From: Thecamonas trahens ATCC 50062 | Lineage: Eukaryota; Protista; Apusomonadida | NCBI RefSeq assembly: GCF_000142905.1 | Contig: NW_013657656.1 | Span: 389,308-453,307, forward strand | DNA: 64,000 bases | Direction of reading: 5' to 3' | Part shown: positions 43,901 through 55,599 of the stretch, piece after piece | Layout: every line of letters starts with the position of its first letter | Numbering within the stretch: position 1 is the stretch's first letter | The notes under the pieces: model-generated | Database searches by the model: none | Told to the model about the DNA's origin: nothing | The model's input: only the letters and a program-made list of their open reading frames with translations | Made by a program: the position numbers and the translations under genes

Positions 43901-46900
43901 CACGGACGGTCTTCTGGAGGCGGATGGTGGCTTCGCGGGCGCGCTCGGGGCGGAGCTCGGCGCGGATGAGCAGGACCTCGGACATGGCAAAGACGGCAAT
44001 GCAAAGGACGACAACAAGGGCGATGATGCCAAACATTCGGCGCGAGAGGCGGGTAATGTCGTCCGAAGCGGAGCGGCGGAGGGCACGGAGCGAGGTCGAG
44101 ACGTCCGAGTCGGCTTGCTGGGCCACTCGGCGACGGGCGGCGATGCGAGCACGTGCGGCAGAGACCATGCGCTGCTCGGGGACTGAGAGCATCGAGCCGG
44201 TCTCGTCGTCATCCTCGCCACCGCGACCGCCGCGATGACGCCGCGACCGCCCACCGTACATGCCCACCGAGGCGGTGGAGAGCGAGAAGAGCGAGCCTTC
44301 GGCAGTGGACTTGCGGCGGGAGCGGGCGGGCAACGAGCTAGGAGACGCACACGGCAGCTCAGTGTCGGTCACCTTTTCCAGCGGGAGAACCATCGACGAG
44401 TTGGTGTCGGCCGAGTCGCCACGCGAGCGCGAGACCGAGCGGCGGCGGATGACCGAGGCCGGGCGGTCGAGGGTCGACCTGGCGCGGCGGGATGGTGGCG
44501 CACCCGGTGATGAGCCGCGGACCGAGAACCCGTTCCGGCGGCGCGGTGACTCGCTGTTTTCCTGCGTGTGGAAGTGCAAGTCCGGCTCCGATGTAGCGAG
44601 CGTCGGCTCGGGGGCCGACATAATGACCGGCGGCGGCGGCGGGATGGGCGTGCTGATAGTCACTGCATTCGCCTGCGCAGTGAGCGGGAGGAACATGACG
44701 CGGAAGTTGCCACCGACACCCTCGGGCGCAGCGACGGCCGCCATATACACATGGGTGCCTGAGAGCGGATGCGGGCGCGAACGGACGATGCAGATGCCGC
44801 GTCCGGCCTCTGCGCCCGGCACCGATTCGACAAGGAGCGGGAGAGGGCTGGCCGAGTCGCCGGTGCGCGAGTTGGCGACGGCGGCGTGAAGGGCAGCAAC
44901 TTCAGCCGGCTTGCGGAACCACGAGTTGGCGAGCGAGGTGGTGCGCGCAGGGCCGAGCTCCAATGAGGAGAGGATGGCATCGGCGCGGAGCGACGTGGCG
45001 CGAGAGATGGCGGATGGAAGCGCACTCGGCGAGACCTGGGGCGGGATATCGAGAGCGAGCGAGAGGTCCGAGCCGAGAAGCTCCAGCTCCGAGACGCCCC
45101 AAAGGGCGCGGGCGATGGCGTCCGAGACAGCGATAACCTTGCCGCCGTTGGAGACAAGGATGTCAATCGAGTACGAGGCGATGGGCTCGACGACGAGCAT
45201 GCCGATCCAGGCAGCACCCGAGCCACCGAGCCACGAACCGGAGATGACGCAGGGGAGGCGCCTGCCGTTGCGGTGGCGGATGATGCGGACATGCGGGTCG
45301 AGCGAGCCAGAGGTGGCCGAGTCGGTGCCGAGCCACGAGGTGAGTGCAGCCATGCCGCGGGTGTCAGATGGGAAGAGGGTATGCATGGGCGACGAGACCA
45401 GCTGGCGCGGGTTCATCGAGAGCATGGGTTCGGGCCGGCCCGAGCAAGCGGTGACCGAGCCTGCCGGACTGACGTAAAGAGCGATGCGTTCGTCCGAGGC
45501 GGCGCGCGGGCGAATGACGGCGACGTACGCGGCTGACGACGCTGCGGCCTGCCCGGTGTGGCTTGACATGCGGACAATGGAGAAGGAGATGGGAAACGTC
45601 GAGCCGTCGGTGGCGAGCGCATCCAAGAGAAAGACTCGCGGGATGGACGAGGCCGAGGAGAGGATGACCTCATGCCACTCCGAGTACGGCTGGGCAAAGA
45701 GGGCACGGGCAAACGACTCGCCACGGATTTCCTTGTCAGCCGCGTGCGAGGTGTAGCCGTAGAGCTTGCGGGCCTGGGCGTTGAACGACGTGATCTGGCC
45801 CATCGAGCCGAGGGTGACGATGGCGTCGACAGCCGAGTTGACGACACCGACGCCACCGTCTTCACGGTGCTCAGCCTCGGTCTCGGTAGCGTGCGGGCCT
45901 ACGCCACCGTCACCAGTGTCATCAGCGTTGATAGTGGCCACGTGCTTGGCACGGCGGAGGAAGCGGTCGGCGAGGACAGGCTTGTTAGAGACCTGGTCGA
46001 GAAAGGCGGCGTACGAGACAAGCAGGCCGGGGGCGGTAGGGTACTTGAGAATGAGCTCGCGGTAGCAGTCGTTGGCGGAGCGCTCGGCGGCATCGATGCG
46101 GGCGATGAGCTTTGCAGAGCGAGCGAGGAAGTTGCGGTCGGAGCGGAGGAGCGTCCGCCAAAAGTTTGAGAGCGCCGAGATGGCGGCCTTGTGATGGGCG
46201 CGGGCAGTCCGGAGCTTGGTTTCAAACTGGACGTAGGAGATTAAGTCCATGGCGCCGACGGTGAGGCCGTGGGCGAGCTGAGCCTGCTCGACCTCACGGA
46301 GCTTGCGGTAGCGGACAAAGCGCAGGTCGGCGCGGGCTGGCAGCGCGAGCGACTGGTCGAGGTACGCGTGCGCCATGGCCGTGTTGCCGACCGAGGCAAG
46401 GAAGCGGACGTAGCAAAGGAGAATGTAGACCGAGTCTGGAAACTGCTCAAAGCCAGCGCGGAAGACAGCGTTGGCGGCGTCGGGTGCACCGCGTTGGATG
46501 TGCGAGCGGGCGACGAGCTCGACATCGGTGACCAGCCAGAATCTAGGTGCCTGGAACCGCCGGCCACCGACCTCGTCGATGGTGTGCATCGTCTCGTCTT
46601 CGTTGTCGGCAACGGCGGCAACAGCGGGCGAGACGGCGCACGCGGCGTGGCGTTTGCGAAGAAGGGCGAGGCGGAGGTAGCCGACGGACGAGCCGAGCGC
46701 AAAGAAACTGGAGCGAGAGCAGCGGTGACGACAAATGCAATGTTGGCCGAGTCGTTGTTGTCGGTGGGAATGGTGACAAGCGCCATGCCCGAGATCCAGG
46801 CAAGGATGCAAAAGCCGCCGGTGCGGGCAACCTGGAGCTTGAGGTTGTAGATGGCCATGAACAAGACTTGGAGGACGAAAACACCAGAGTTGGCGATAAA

Positions 46901-47746
46901 CATAACGATGCCCAGAATGAAGCGGAACTGCGGAACAGTGGCAAAGCCAAGAAGAAGGATCGACTTGACGAGATGGATGGCGCAGTCGATGCGGGCGTGT
47001 GAGCGAGCAAGCAGATGGCCCGACTGTGGTGAGTCCTGAAAGTAGACCAGTGAGAGGGCTGAGGTCGAGAGAATCATAGCAATGGCAAAAATGCCCGAGA
47101 CCACCTTGTAGGCAATGACCTCGGGTTCCCAGCAGTCCACCATGTCGTAGTCAGAGAGGGTCTGGTCTGACATTGGCGCGGTGTAGTCGCAGGCGAGCGG
47201 GGTGAGGAGGACCGACATGATTGGAATGTAGAGGACGGTGACACCAAAGCCAACCGCGTATCGCAGCATCCGCAGCGGCCAGATACGTGACCGCGAGTGG
47301 TCTCGCAGGGCGAGGCCGACGTAGACAGCATCGATGTAAGAGAAGAGTAACGCGGCGTAGACACAGCCGTTGACGACGCGAAACGCGGTGAAGGAGGAAA
47401 AGACGACCCGCAGGGCGAGGAGGTTAAGCGTCGGGCGGATGGTGGCGTCGGCCCACGAGCCCCACTCAAAGGTGTCGTGGAAGGCAAAGGTCGCGATCTG
47501 TGCAAACTCGATGAGGAGGACCAGAATAGAGACGAGGCGCTTGGACGACGACCGCGAGACAATGGCAAAGAGAGCGTCAAAGCAAAAGGTCTCAATGCGG
47601 GCAAGCAGCGAGCTACGCGCCGCACTGTCCGAGTCAAGGCCCATTGCTACCAGTTCGTTGTCCATGTCTGATAGCAGCGAGTTCTGCGCCGACGATGCCG
47701 ACGTCGAGCGCGTTACGCTCGTCGACCGAGTTCCAAACGACAGCAT
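40958..47746 (-). CDS. TmcB/TmcC (tiny macrocysts)-like multi-TM PAS-domain protein; three -1 frameshifts (about 46706, 43851 and 42505)
   Basis: N-terminal multi-TM block (IEFAQI, LYIPIMSVL, HARID). TPR-like FW..LL...YRELILKYP...SYAAFL. PAS DAIVTLGSMGQITSFNAQARKLYGY plus degenerate PAS repeats. Two C-terminal TM-hairpin modules ending FLAIPK and MLSLIPHEV. About 2260 aa when joined. Confidence 0.8.
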
Positions 47747-48767
47747 CGCGACCCTGTTACAAAACTGGATAGCCGCACGCGTCGCCACTACTGGAGAGTC
47801 CACGCGCGCGTGTGAGTGCGTGGATGAGGACTAGCACGTAAAGCGTGAGCTACTAGACGGATAGGAGTTGAAGGGCGCGAGTTGAGAGGAAACGGGGTCG
47901 AGCGAGGGTGAGCGAGGGGTGTGTGGGCGAGGATGTGTGAGGTGCCGGTGTGAGTGTGAGTAAGAGAGTGCGGAGGAGCAACGAGCCTATTTGTATGCAG
48001 GGGCTTGCAGATTGGACCTCGTGAATGGTGTCAGCTGAGACAAAAACTGGTGAGAGGATATTGGCGGCAAGAGCGGTAGCAGTGCAGCGAAGGCTGATCG
48101 AGCTTGAATTGAGGAATTTTGGAGCTGCGGTTTTGGATACTGTAGCCATGGGTGATATGTGTGTATGTAGTATGCTAGTCATGAAATCTGATTGGGTGTA
48201 GCTTGTCATGAGGGTGATGGTGGTGGTGGTGGTGGTGGGGGAGGGGGGGGGGGGGGCGTCGGGTGGCCGTGGAAACTTATGACACCGAAGACGCCACCGG
48301 GGTGACAGCCGTAGGGGTGTGTGGGAGGTGAATGGCACAGAAGATGTAGTGTAAGGGGTGGGGTGGGGGGAATAGGCAGGTATGATTGAGAGTGCCAATA
48401 CGTACCCGGTGGTAGTGGTGGTAGTGGTGGTGGTGGTGAGGAGGAGGTGGTGGTGGAGGGAGAGGTGGTAGGCGACTTTGCTTGGCCACGGTCCAGTGTG
48501 GGAACAAACCGCCATGCGGTTCAGCAGCGATAGTGCACGCGCCGGAAGACGGATGGTTGACCAGACGACCGGAGATGTGACGGTTGGAGGAGTTCATGGC
48601 AAGGTCTTGAGGTGAGAACAGCCAATATAGTTTACAGAATACGGCGAGTGTACGCAAGGACACGTGCCATCACATACTGAGGTCACTTGGCTTGTAGCCA
48701 TGTTGTAGGTGTGCGTATGGGTGTGGGTGTGACTGTTGGTCGGTGTGAACGTTCGAGGTGCGGGACA

Positions 48768-48850
48768 GCGGTCGGTGGTCGGTGGTCGCCGGTCATCGGT
48801 CAGCGGTCGCTTGTCGGCGGTCGGCGGTCGGTGGTCGGCGGTCAGTGGGC
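48768..48850. repeat. Degenerate 7-bp tandem repeat (GGTCGGY)n
   Basis: About 11 copies in the divergent intergenic region. Confidence 0.75.
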
Positions 48851-49027
48851 GGCGGGCGGCAGACGGCGGGGACTGATCCAGGCCCGAGCCGGAGGTGGCA
48901 CTTGTCTTGCGGCAGACACTGGTGTGGTGTGTGCGCGAGAGCTTGTGTGTATTGTGTTGTGTGGGGGAGGAGATTGATCGAGCACGATATATATATATAT
49001 ACCTAGTGAGAGCGCTCAATATCAAGC

Positions 49028-52000
49028 ATGTCTGAGGGGTTTCTGTCACGACTTGCGCATACGCATGCCTTGCCAGCTGAGGATGCGGTGCATGTGCTGC
49101 AACAGGAGCTGCATGACGTGGCCCATGCGTCGGAGGGAGGAGCCGGTGCCGCCATGCATGCGGCGTATGTGGCGGCTATGGTAGCAACAGCAAGGGCTGT
49201 GGCTACTGGGGGTATGACCGAGGTGGTGAGCGGGCTCTCGGTTCTCTACACCGACGTGGTCGACCCGTACGCCGCCCGGCTGGCCGCCATGGAGTCCGAG
49301 GCTGCCGACGAGCTCCGACTCGCCTTTGCCCACGCCATGCTCGATGTGGTGAGCACGAGCTTGCGGCCGCTGGCAGACGCCAAACCTGGGCTAGCGCCGG
49401 ATCTGCTGCGGCGGAGCAAGGCGATGCTGGAGCGTGCGCTCATGGTCACCATCTCGCTGGTCGACGAGCGGCCGGCCATGCGCGGCAGCGCGTCGCTACT
49501 GCTGCACGCCATTGGCGGCCTTGTGCACGCGCTTCTGGAGCATGCGCCCGAGGCGGCGCGACTGTCGATTCGGTATGCCACGGGCCACAGGCCGGCAATG
49601 GGCTACGCGACGTCGGCGCTCGCGCTTGACGACACGCACGCAGCGCGTGCGGCGGTGACACGGGCGTTGGCTACCTACGCACGGGCGGCGCTCATTGGCT
49701 CGACCGACGCGCTCATCTCGATTGTGGCGAGCGACCTCGCTCCGACGCTGCGCAATACTCCGGCAGCGCAGCAGGACGCGGCGAACCACTGGTTTCACCG
49801 CGCCCGAGTGCTCTACGGGGTCGGCCTCCACGAGCATGCCAAGACCGTGGCACACCACGTGGCGCAGTTTCTTGCCCGCCCCGGCCTGGCGGTTCCGGGC
49901 GGGTACGAGATGCGAGGCAAGGCCAAGGCGCTTTTCCATGCCGCCGTCGGCGTAGGCTCAGGCGGATCTGGGCATGGTGCATGCAGCGGGTCTGGCGAGC
50001 TTATTGAGGACGCCTCTGACTACCCGCATCTCTTTTTGCGGCTCCGCTATGCGGTGGGATGGGTGCGACACCTCATCTCTGGCCTCCTGCTCCTGCTTCC
50101 GCCATTGGAGGGCGTGCCGATGATGCTGGCAGACGATGCCGGGGTCGTCTACCCGCTGCCCGAAGAGCCGCCGCGCGGTCCGACTGACGCCTGTCCGATC
50201 CCGTCAGCGCTGTACAGCGCGTTTGTCAGTCACCTGCACGCCCACAAGCTGCTGCCGGACTCGCTCGGGCGAGTCAGGCAGGTGGTGAACTACCCGACCA
50301 TGGGCACGGCGACGAGCGAGGCGAGCTCAAGCACCGCCAGCGACCGCAGCGGCACCAGCGGCAACGACGACTCGGTGGTGCTGGTGAGCAAGGCGCTGTC
50401 GCCGGCAGAGCTTGCAGCGGCGGTGTTTGCAGCGCCCGAGACGCGCGCAACACTCGAGCTCGCATGTGCGGATCCGCTCTTCCCAGGCTTTACCACACTC
50501 CTGCACTTGCAGCACGCACTGATGCGTGCTCTGCTGGCACACATGTGGGGGCTGACGGACTTGGTCTCATCGACACCTACAGGCGGAGCGAGCCGCGGGA
50601 ACAGCAACGCCAAGACCGAGTACGCGTTTGTGGCGCTCGGCTCGTTTTCACGGATGGAAGCGTGCCCGTTCTCGGACCTCGACGCGATCCTGCTTGTGGA
50701 CCCGAACGCACCGCCGTCTTTCCGCGATGGGCTGGGCGCGCGTGCGAGGTTCTTTGAGCTCCTCGTCATGTCACTCGGCGAGACGCAGTTCCATGTTGTC
50801 AAGGACTGGCACCACCGCGACGTGTCGATCATCGAGTCCGGGTTTGACCTCGACGAGGCGCACCTCTCGCCGGTGCGGACCATTGTGACGCCTGACGAGC
50901 TCATCACGCTCCACGTCAACGCGGCGACCGAGCTGCTCAAGTACGAGTACGATAACGTCGACCCGTTTACGCACGCAGCGCGCGAGCCGTCGCTTGTCTT
51001 TGGATCGGCACGGGTGTTTGCCAGCTACCAGGCACAGCTGAAGCAGCTGTTCACGTCGGCGGCGGCCGACTTTTCGCCCGACGTCGAGGCTGCAGCTGAC
51101 GGGGTCTCACTCGGTGCTCTTTACGCCCTTACTACTCTAGACAAGAACACCGGTCCGGGATCGGCGTTTGCGCCGGTGCATCTCACAACGCGAAGCCGGG
51201 ACGAGCTCTCGATCAAAACCCACGCCATTCGGTTTGTGACCATGACCGTCGGTGCGCTCGCGCTCTACCTTGACGGCATGGGCATCGAGGTACCGGAGAC
51301 GGTGCTTCGGCTCCAACGACTGGCGCAGGCGCGTTTGATTCCGCCACGACTCGCCATCGAGCTCATCCGACTCCACGAGTGGCTGTTCCGGACACGGTTT
51401 GCGCTCCACCTCAGTGCCAGGCGCGAGAACGACGTGGTGAGCCGAGCGGCGCACGGGCCGACGGTGGCGGTGCTGGAAAAAGCCGCCTCACGCATTCTCA
51501 GCCCACTGTACGAGGCTGTACGCGCATTTGTGGCCAGCCGCGAGCCGCGGAACACCATTTCGTCGCTGGTTTACCTACGCGCCGCCGAGTTTTCGGCCCG
51601 GCTGGACGCGGTCTCGGACGTCATTGTGTCGGACGTGTTTGGCGAGGCCGAGGACGGGTCGTTTGATCGGCTCGAGCTGCTGCGATCGGTCGACGAGCTG
51701 GCGTTCATGGGAGTGCGACGTGGGGCGGCGATCCGCCGGCTCCATGCCGACGTAGGCGCGCTGCTCTTCCCAGGCAGCGACGGCGAGAGCCCTGACAGAG
51801 GAGCACCCAACGACGACAGCGAGGTGCCTGGGGTGGAGAGTTTTGGGCGAGCGCATGTAGTGTACGCGCGCGGCGTGCATTTCAAGCTCTACCCACTGCT
51901 GCCAGGCCATGAGATCTCGGTCTCGCTGCTTGCGCAGTCGCTTTTCTCCGAGTACACGCTCACGCCGCTGGTGGACGTGGCGGTTGTCCGGCACGGAGGA

Positions 52001-55000
52001 CGAGAGCATCTATTGCTGATGGGCGAGACCATCTCGCGGTTCAACATGCTCATGGCGCTGCAGACGTCACCGTCGGGCCAGCTGGTGACGGGCAACTCGG
52101 GCCTCCTCGAGGTGCTCCGCGGCACGATGGGCTTTGAGTTTGGCGTGCCGACGCTACCGGCGCCGTTTGCTCAGCTCGGGACAAGCAAGCGGCCACTGGA
52201 GCCGTCGACGAACCCGTCGATGGCGCGCGACGAGCGGATCTGCTTCCGGTCGGCCGACGGCGAGCTCGGCGTCAATGTTGCGCTTGACATGGAGCAGTAC
52301 TCGGCAGCGGTCCTTCTCGCGCTGTGCGTTAATCCGGAGGACGGCAAGCCGGACAATCATGTGGTGATGCTGAGCGAGGAGCTGCCACGTCGGGCGACGC
52401 CGATGGTCACCGAGGTTGCGGATGGGAAGCGAGCGGTGGTGACATACCGGGCTCAGGTGGTGTCTGTCGACAACGAGTACGGGTTTGTGGAGGCGACCAA
52501 GGCATCATGCCCGCAGGTCAAGTCAATTTACTTTTGCATGTCTGCGCTCTCACTTCCGGTCCCTGTCCACCTGCGCAAGGTGGTGACGCGGTGGGATGCG
52601 CGACACGCGCTTGCGTCGTGGCTGCAGCACCTGCAGGCGGCCGAGTGCGAGTTCAAGCACCTGGGTGCTGCAATCGGCGACGATGAGCTCGGAGTGCGGT
52701 TTGTGGCCGGCATTGTGCATGTCCTCTTCCACAAGCTGGCTCGACTGCGGCGAGCGCTGCAGATTGCGCGGGTGACTCACCGCGAGCTGCTGTTTCAAAT
52801 GGAGCGCGAGCTGGCGGAGCACTACCTGTCGGCGTTCAAGGACCCCAAGCTGGCGACGCCGATCGAGCGGATGCTCAAAATTGCGTCGTCCAACTACCAG
52901 CAGCGAACGGTGCTGACGAGCCTGCTGGCGACGGCGCGGCTGGTTGGGCTCTCGGTCCCGAGTGCGACGCCGGACCTTTCCGAGTTTGTCACGCTCACCT
53001 CTGCCGAGACGATCCGCAACTCTCAGGATCGGTTTGTGGCGAGTGGCGGGGCGGGCCCGTCGCAGACGACGTACGACTTTGCGGCTCTCGCTGCAGCGCG
53101 GCAGGATGTGCTGACTCATGGCAGCTCGTCGTCTGTGGCGACGCTTGTCGAGGCCGGGACGGCTGGTGAGCGTGTGGGGCCGGACGAGCTGCTCATCGAG
53201 CTTGAGCTCTTGCAAGAGGGCGAGAACGCACTGGAGGCACTCATCGAGCACGGCGACCTGCGCCCATTCCAGGCGCTACATCTACCGCAGTTCAAGGAGG
53301 CGGCGCTGAAGCGACTGCACCTCGACAAGCTGGGGGCGGAGCTGCAACGGTCGGTGCTCAAGGCGATCGACGGCACGCTCTTTGTCGAGCTGCACCTGCC
53401 GCGGTGCGGCGAGCTGAGCGACTCTGTGCTCAAGTCGATTGTGAGCAAGTGTCCGGCGCTGGTCGAGCTCAACGTGGCACACTGCTCGCGGATTGTGTCT
53501 GTGGGTAGCGTCGGCATCTATGCGCCGCTGCTGCAGGTGCTCGACGTTTCTCACACAAGCGTGACACTCAAGGCGCTGGACGGGATCGAGGCAAGCGCGC
53601 CACACCTTACGTGGCTGAACATAGAGGGCGTGGCGGCCATTGCCGACTCGCCGCGGCGTATTTTTCAGGCCTCACCAGGCTTGGTCTGGTCGCGGCTCCC
53701 ACTGCGGCTGCAGTACGGGCTCGTCCTGCTTCACGAGTGCGCACCGAGTGCACAGGCGAGCGGGGCGGTCGCGTCGCTTGGCAGCATTCCGCTGTTTGAG
53801 TTTTCAGCGGCGGCGCGAAAGCGGCGCAAGAAGCACGACAAAAAGGTGGTGGCGGCGCTGAAAGAGCGATGGCGGTCGATGGCGGCGTCGGGCTCGCGGT
53901 CGCGGTCGGGTTCGCTGCTCTCGTCGTCGTCGGCCGGCTCCTCTTTCATGGCATCGTTCAAGGCCTCGCTCTCGGCATCGTCATGCTCGTCGATGTCGTC
54001 GCTCGAGCCAAGTGTCGAAGTGAGTGAGAGCCAGCAGGTCCAGTTTTCGGTGGACCTCGGGCATCCGCCGATGGCGACGGCGGGGCTGGGCCTGCTTGAC
54101 CGCGAGACAGCGCTGGCGTCGTTTGTCATGCTTGTCGAGTTGGACCTGGTCAACACCGGGCTGCGGGTCCTCCACGCCTCGGTCCTCTGCGAGCTGCTCT
54201 GCGACGAGCGGATGCAACAGCTCCGCAAGCTCAACGTGTCGTGGAACGAGTTGGGAAACATAGGGACGTCGTTGCTGGCGCAGGTCTGGTCTAGCGCCGG
54301 GAGCCAGCGGAGCTTTGTTGGCTTGCAGGTCCTTGACATGCGGTTCAACGCCATCGACGATCACGGGTACGAAAACCTGGCGTCGATCCGCGAGCACGAG
54401 CCGCCGTCGTCGCCGCGGTACATCCTGTTTGACGAGCCGTACAGTCCGCGGCCGCGACTTCTCTCGCTCCATGCGTATGAGACAAGCGAGGCCGACTGGG
54501 AGCTGCTGGCGCGGGCGCGGAAGCAAAAGGTGTCGGCGATGGTGGTGCTTCGAACCGACGTGGTGGTTGTGGGCACACCATCGGGCGCAGTGTACGCATG
54601 GGACGTGCACTCTGGGAGCGAGCCGACCCTGGTAGCCAATCTCCACTCTGCCGTCCACGGGCTGCTCCAGCACCCGATGGACCGATCTCTTGTGGTGGCG
54701 ACGGCGAGCGGGGCGTTCCAGCTCGACGTGTGGTCGGGCGTGGAGCTCAACCGAATGGAGCTTCTTAGCGGAGTGGAGGCGCGCGTGGTGGCGTCGATAG
54801 GGCTGTGTGCGACCGCGGTCGGGTGCAGCGACGGCGTGGTCCGGTTTTGGGACACTGGATCGAACGAGGTGCTGAGCGAGCTGGATACCAAGGGCGGGGC
54901 GGTGACGGCGCTTACGCTGCTCGGCGACGGCACGCTCGCCATTGGATTCGAGTCGGGCACCGTCGAGATTGTGGAGCTCGCCGGCGGGCGCTGCGTGCTG

Positions 55001-55396
55001 AGCCTGACCAAGGGCCACCGTGCGGCGGTGACGAGCGTCACAGACATGGGCGACGGGCACGTGGTGAGCACCGGCGCAGACGGGCGAATGTTGGCGTGGG
55101 ATCTACGTCTTGTGGCACGGTCAACCACCCACCGGGTGGTGTTTGAGATGCGGCGGTCGGCGCCGGCAAGCGCTATTCGCGCAGCTATCCGCCTTCCAGA
55201 CGGTGCGCTCTTTGCGGTTGCCACGCAGCACTCGCAGCAGTCGCTCCACCTTGTCGACATCGACGGCGGGCTCGTCGCTACGTTTGAGGGCGAGCTGACC
55301 CGGTCGGTGTCGGCCATCGGCATGCTCCCGACAGGCGAGCTAGTGACGGCTGCGCGCGGTGGGTGGATGTGTGTCTGGAGGGCGACGAGTGTGTAG
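49028..55396 (+). CDS. Multidomain protein: helical N-terminus, GlnD/DUF294-type nucleotidyltransferase + substrate-binding domain, HipA/PI4K-like kinase, LRRs, WD40 propeller
   Basis: ALGSFSRMEACPFSDLDAILLV (GS...DxD). IKTHAIRF...TVLRLQRL...LFRTRFALH. VHFKLYPLLPGHE, NPEDGKPDNHVV and VSVDNEYGF. LRRs LVELNVAHC and LRKLNVSWNELGNIG. WD repeats DGVVRFWD, GHRAAVTSV and DGRMLAWD. Uninterrupted 2122-aa ORF. Confidence 0.85.
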   Translation: MSEGFLSRLAHTHALPAEDAVHVLQQELHDVAHASEGGAGAAMHAAYVAAMVATARAVATGGMTEVVSGLSVLYTDVVDPYAARLAAMESEAADELRLAFAHAMLDVVSTSLRPLADAKPGLAPDLLRRSKAMLERALMVTISLVDERPAMRGSASLLLHAIGGLVHALLEHAPEAARLSIRYATGHRPAMGYATSALALDDTHAARAAVTRALATYARAALIGSTDALISIVASDLAPTLRNTPAAQQDAANHWFHRARVLYGVGLHEHAKTVAHHVAQFLARPGLAVPGGYEMRGKAKALFHAAVGVGSGGSGHGACSGSGELIEDASDYPHLFLRLRYAVGWVRHLISGLLLLLPPLEGVPMMLADDAGVVYPLPEEPPRGPTDACPIPSALYSAFVSHLHAHKLLPDSLGRVRQVVNYPTMGTATSEASSSTASDRSGTSGNDDSVVLVSKALSPAELAAAVFAAPETRATLELACADPLFPGFTTLLHLQHALMRALLAHMWGLTDLVSSTPTGGASRGNSNAKTEYAFVALGSFSRMEACPFSDLDAILLVDPNAPPSFRDGLGARARFFELLVMSLGETQFHVVKDWHHRDVSIIESGFDLDEAHLSPVRTIVTPDELITLHVNAATELLKYEYDNVDPFTHAAREPSLVFGSARVFASYQAQLKQLFTSAAADFSPDVEAAADGVSLGALYALTTLDKNTGPGSAFAPVHLTTRSRDELSIKTHAIRFVTMTVGALALYLDGMGIEVPETVLRLQRLAQARLIPPRLAIELIRLHEWLFRTRFALHLSARRENDVVSRAAHGPTVAVLEKAASRILSPLYEAVRAFVASREPRNTISSLVYLRAAEFSARLDAVSDVIVSDVFGEAEDGSFDRLELLRSVDELAFMGVRRGAAIRRLHADVGALLFPGSDGESPDRGAPNDDSEVPGVESFGRAHVVYARGVHFKLYPLLPGHEISVSLLAQSLFSEYTLTPLVDVAVVRHGGREHLLLMGETISRFNMLMALQTSPSGQLVTGNSGLLEVLRGTMGFEFGVPTLPAPFAQLGTSKRPLEPSTNPSMARDERICFRSADGELGVNVALDMEQYSAAVLLALCVNPEDGKPDNHVVMLSEELPRRATPMVTEVADGKRAVVTYRAQVVSVDNEYGFVEATKASCPQVKSIYFCMSALSLPVPVHLRKVVTRWDARHALASWLQHLQAAECEFKHLGAAIGDDELGVRFVAGIVHVLFHKLARLRRALQIARVTHRELLFQMERELAEHYLSAFKDPKLATPIERMLKIASSNYQQRTVLTSLLATARLVGLSVPSATPDLSEFVTLTSAETIRNSQDRFVASGGAGPSQTTYDFAALAAARQDVLTHGSSSSVATLVEAGTAGERVGPDELLIELELLQEGENALEALIEHGDLRPFQALHLPQFKEAALKRLHLDKLGAELQRSVLKAIDGTLFVELHLPRCGELSDSVLKSIVSKCPALVELNVAHCSRIVSVGSVGIYAPLLQVLDVSHTSVTLKALDGIEASAPHLTWLNIEGVAAIADSPRRIFQASPGLVWSRLPLRLQYGLVLLHECAPSAQASGAVASLGSIPLFEFSAAARKRRKKHDKKVVAALKERWRSMAASGSRSRSGSLLSSSSAGSSFMASFKASLSASSCSSMSSLEPSVEVSESQQVQFSVDLGHPPMATAGLGLLDRETALASFVMLVELDLVNTGLRVLHASVLCELLCDERMQQLRKLNVSWNELGNIGTSLLAQVWSSAGSQRSFVGLQVLDMRFNAIDDHGYENLASIREHEPPSSPRYILFDEPYSPRPRLLSLHAYETSEADWELLARARKQKVSAMVVLRTDVVVVGTPSGAVYAWDVHSGSEPTLVANLHSAVHGLLQHPMDRSLVVATASGAFQLDVWSGVELNRMELLSGVEARVVASIGLCATAVGCSDGVVRFWDTGSNEVLSELDTKGGAVTALTLLGDGTLAIGFESGTVEIVELAGGRCVLSLTKGHRAAVTSVTDMGDGHVVSTGADGRMLAWDLRLVARSTTHRVVFEMRRSAPASAIRAAIRLPDGALFAVATQHSQQSLHLVDIDGGLVATFEGELTRSVSAIGMLPTGELVTAARGGWMCVWRATSV

Positions 55397-55599
55397 ACGG
55401 GTTGCTGGCGGGTTTCGAGAGCGTTTACCGGGCTGTGAGCCACCAACACTCGCGGCTGGGTGGCGATGCGAAGCGGCTGGTTCCTCACTCATGGAGTGCC
55501 CGCCATCATCGTCGCGCCTCGTCATCCAAGGGTGGGTGGCCTGGCTTCCCGCCCCGTCAAAGATCGGCGGGGGAGGGAGAGAGTAGTCTGCGCGGCGAG

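Noticed and set aside
50600-51000. Calling the nucleotidyltransferase cGAS/OAS-like
   Set aside because: The GSxxRxE...SDLD spacing and following helical domain fit the GlnD/DUF294 branch. Cyclic-nucleotide synthesis is unsupported.
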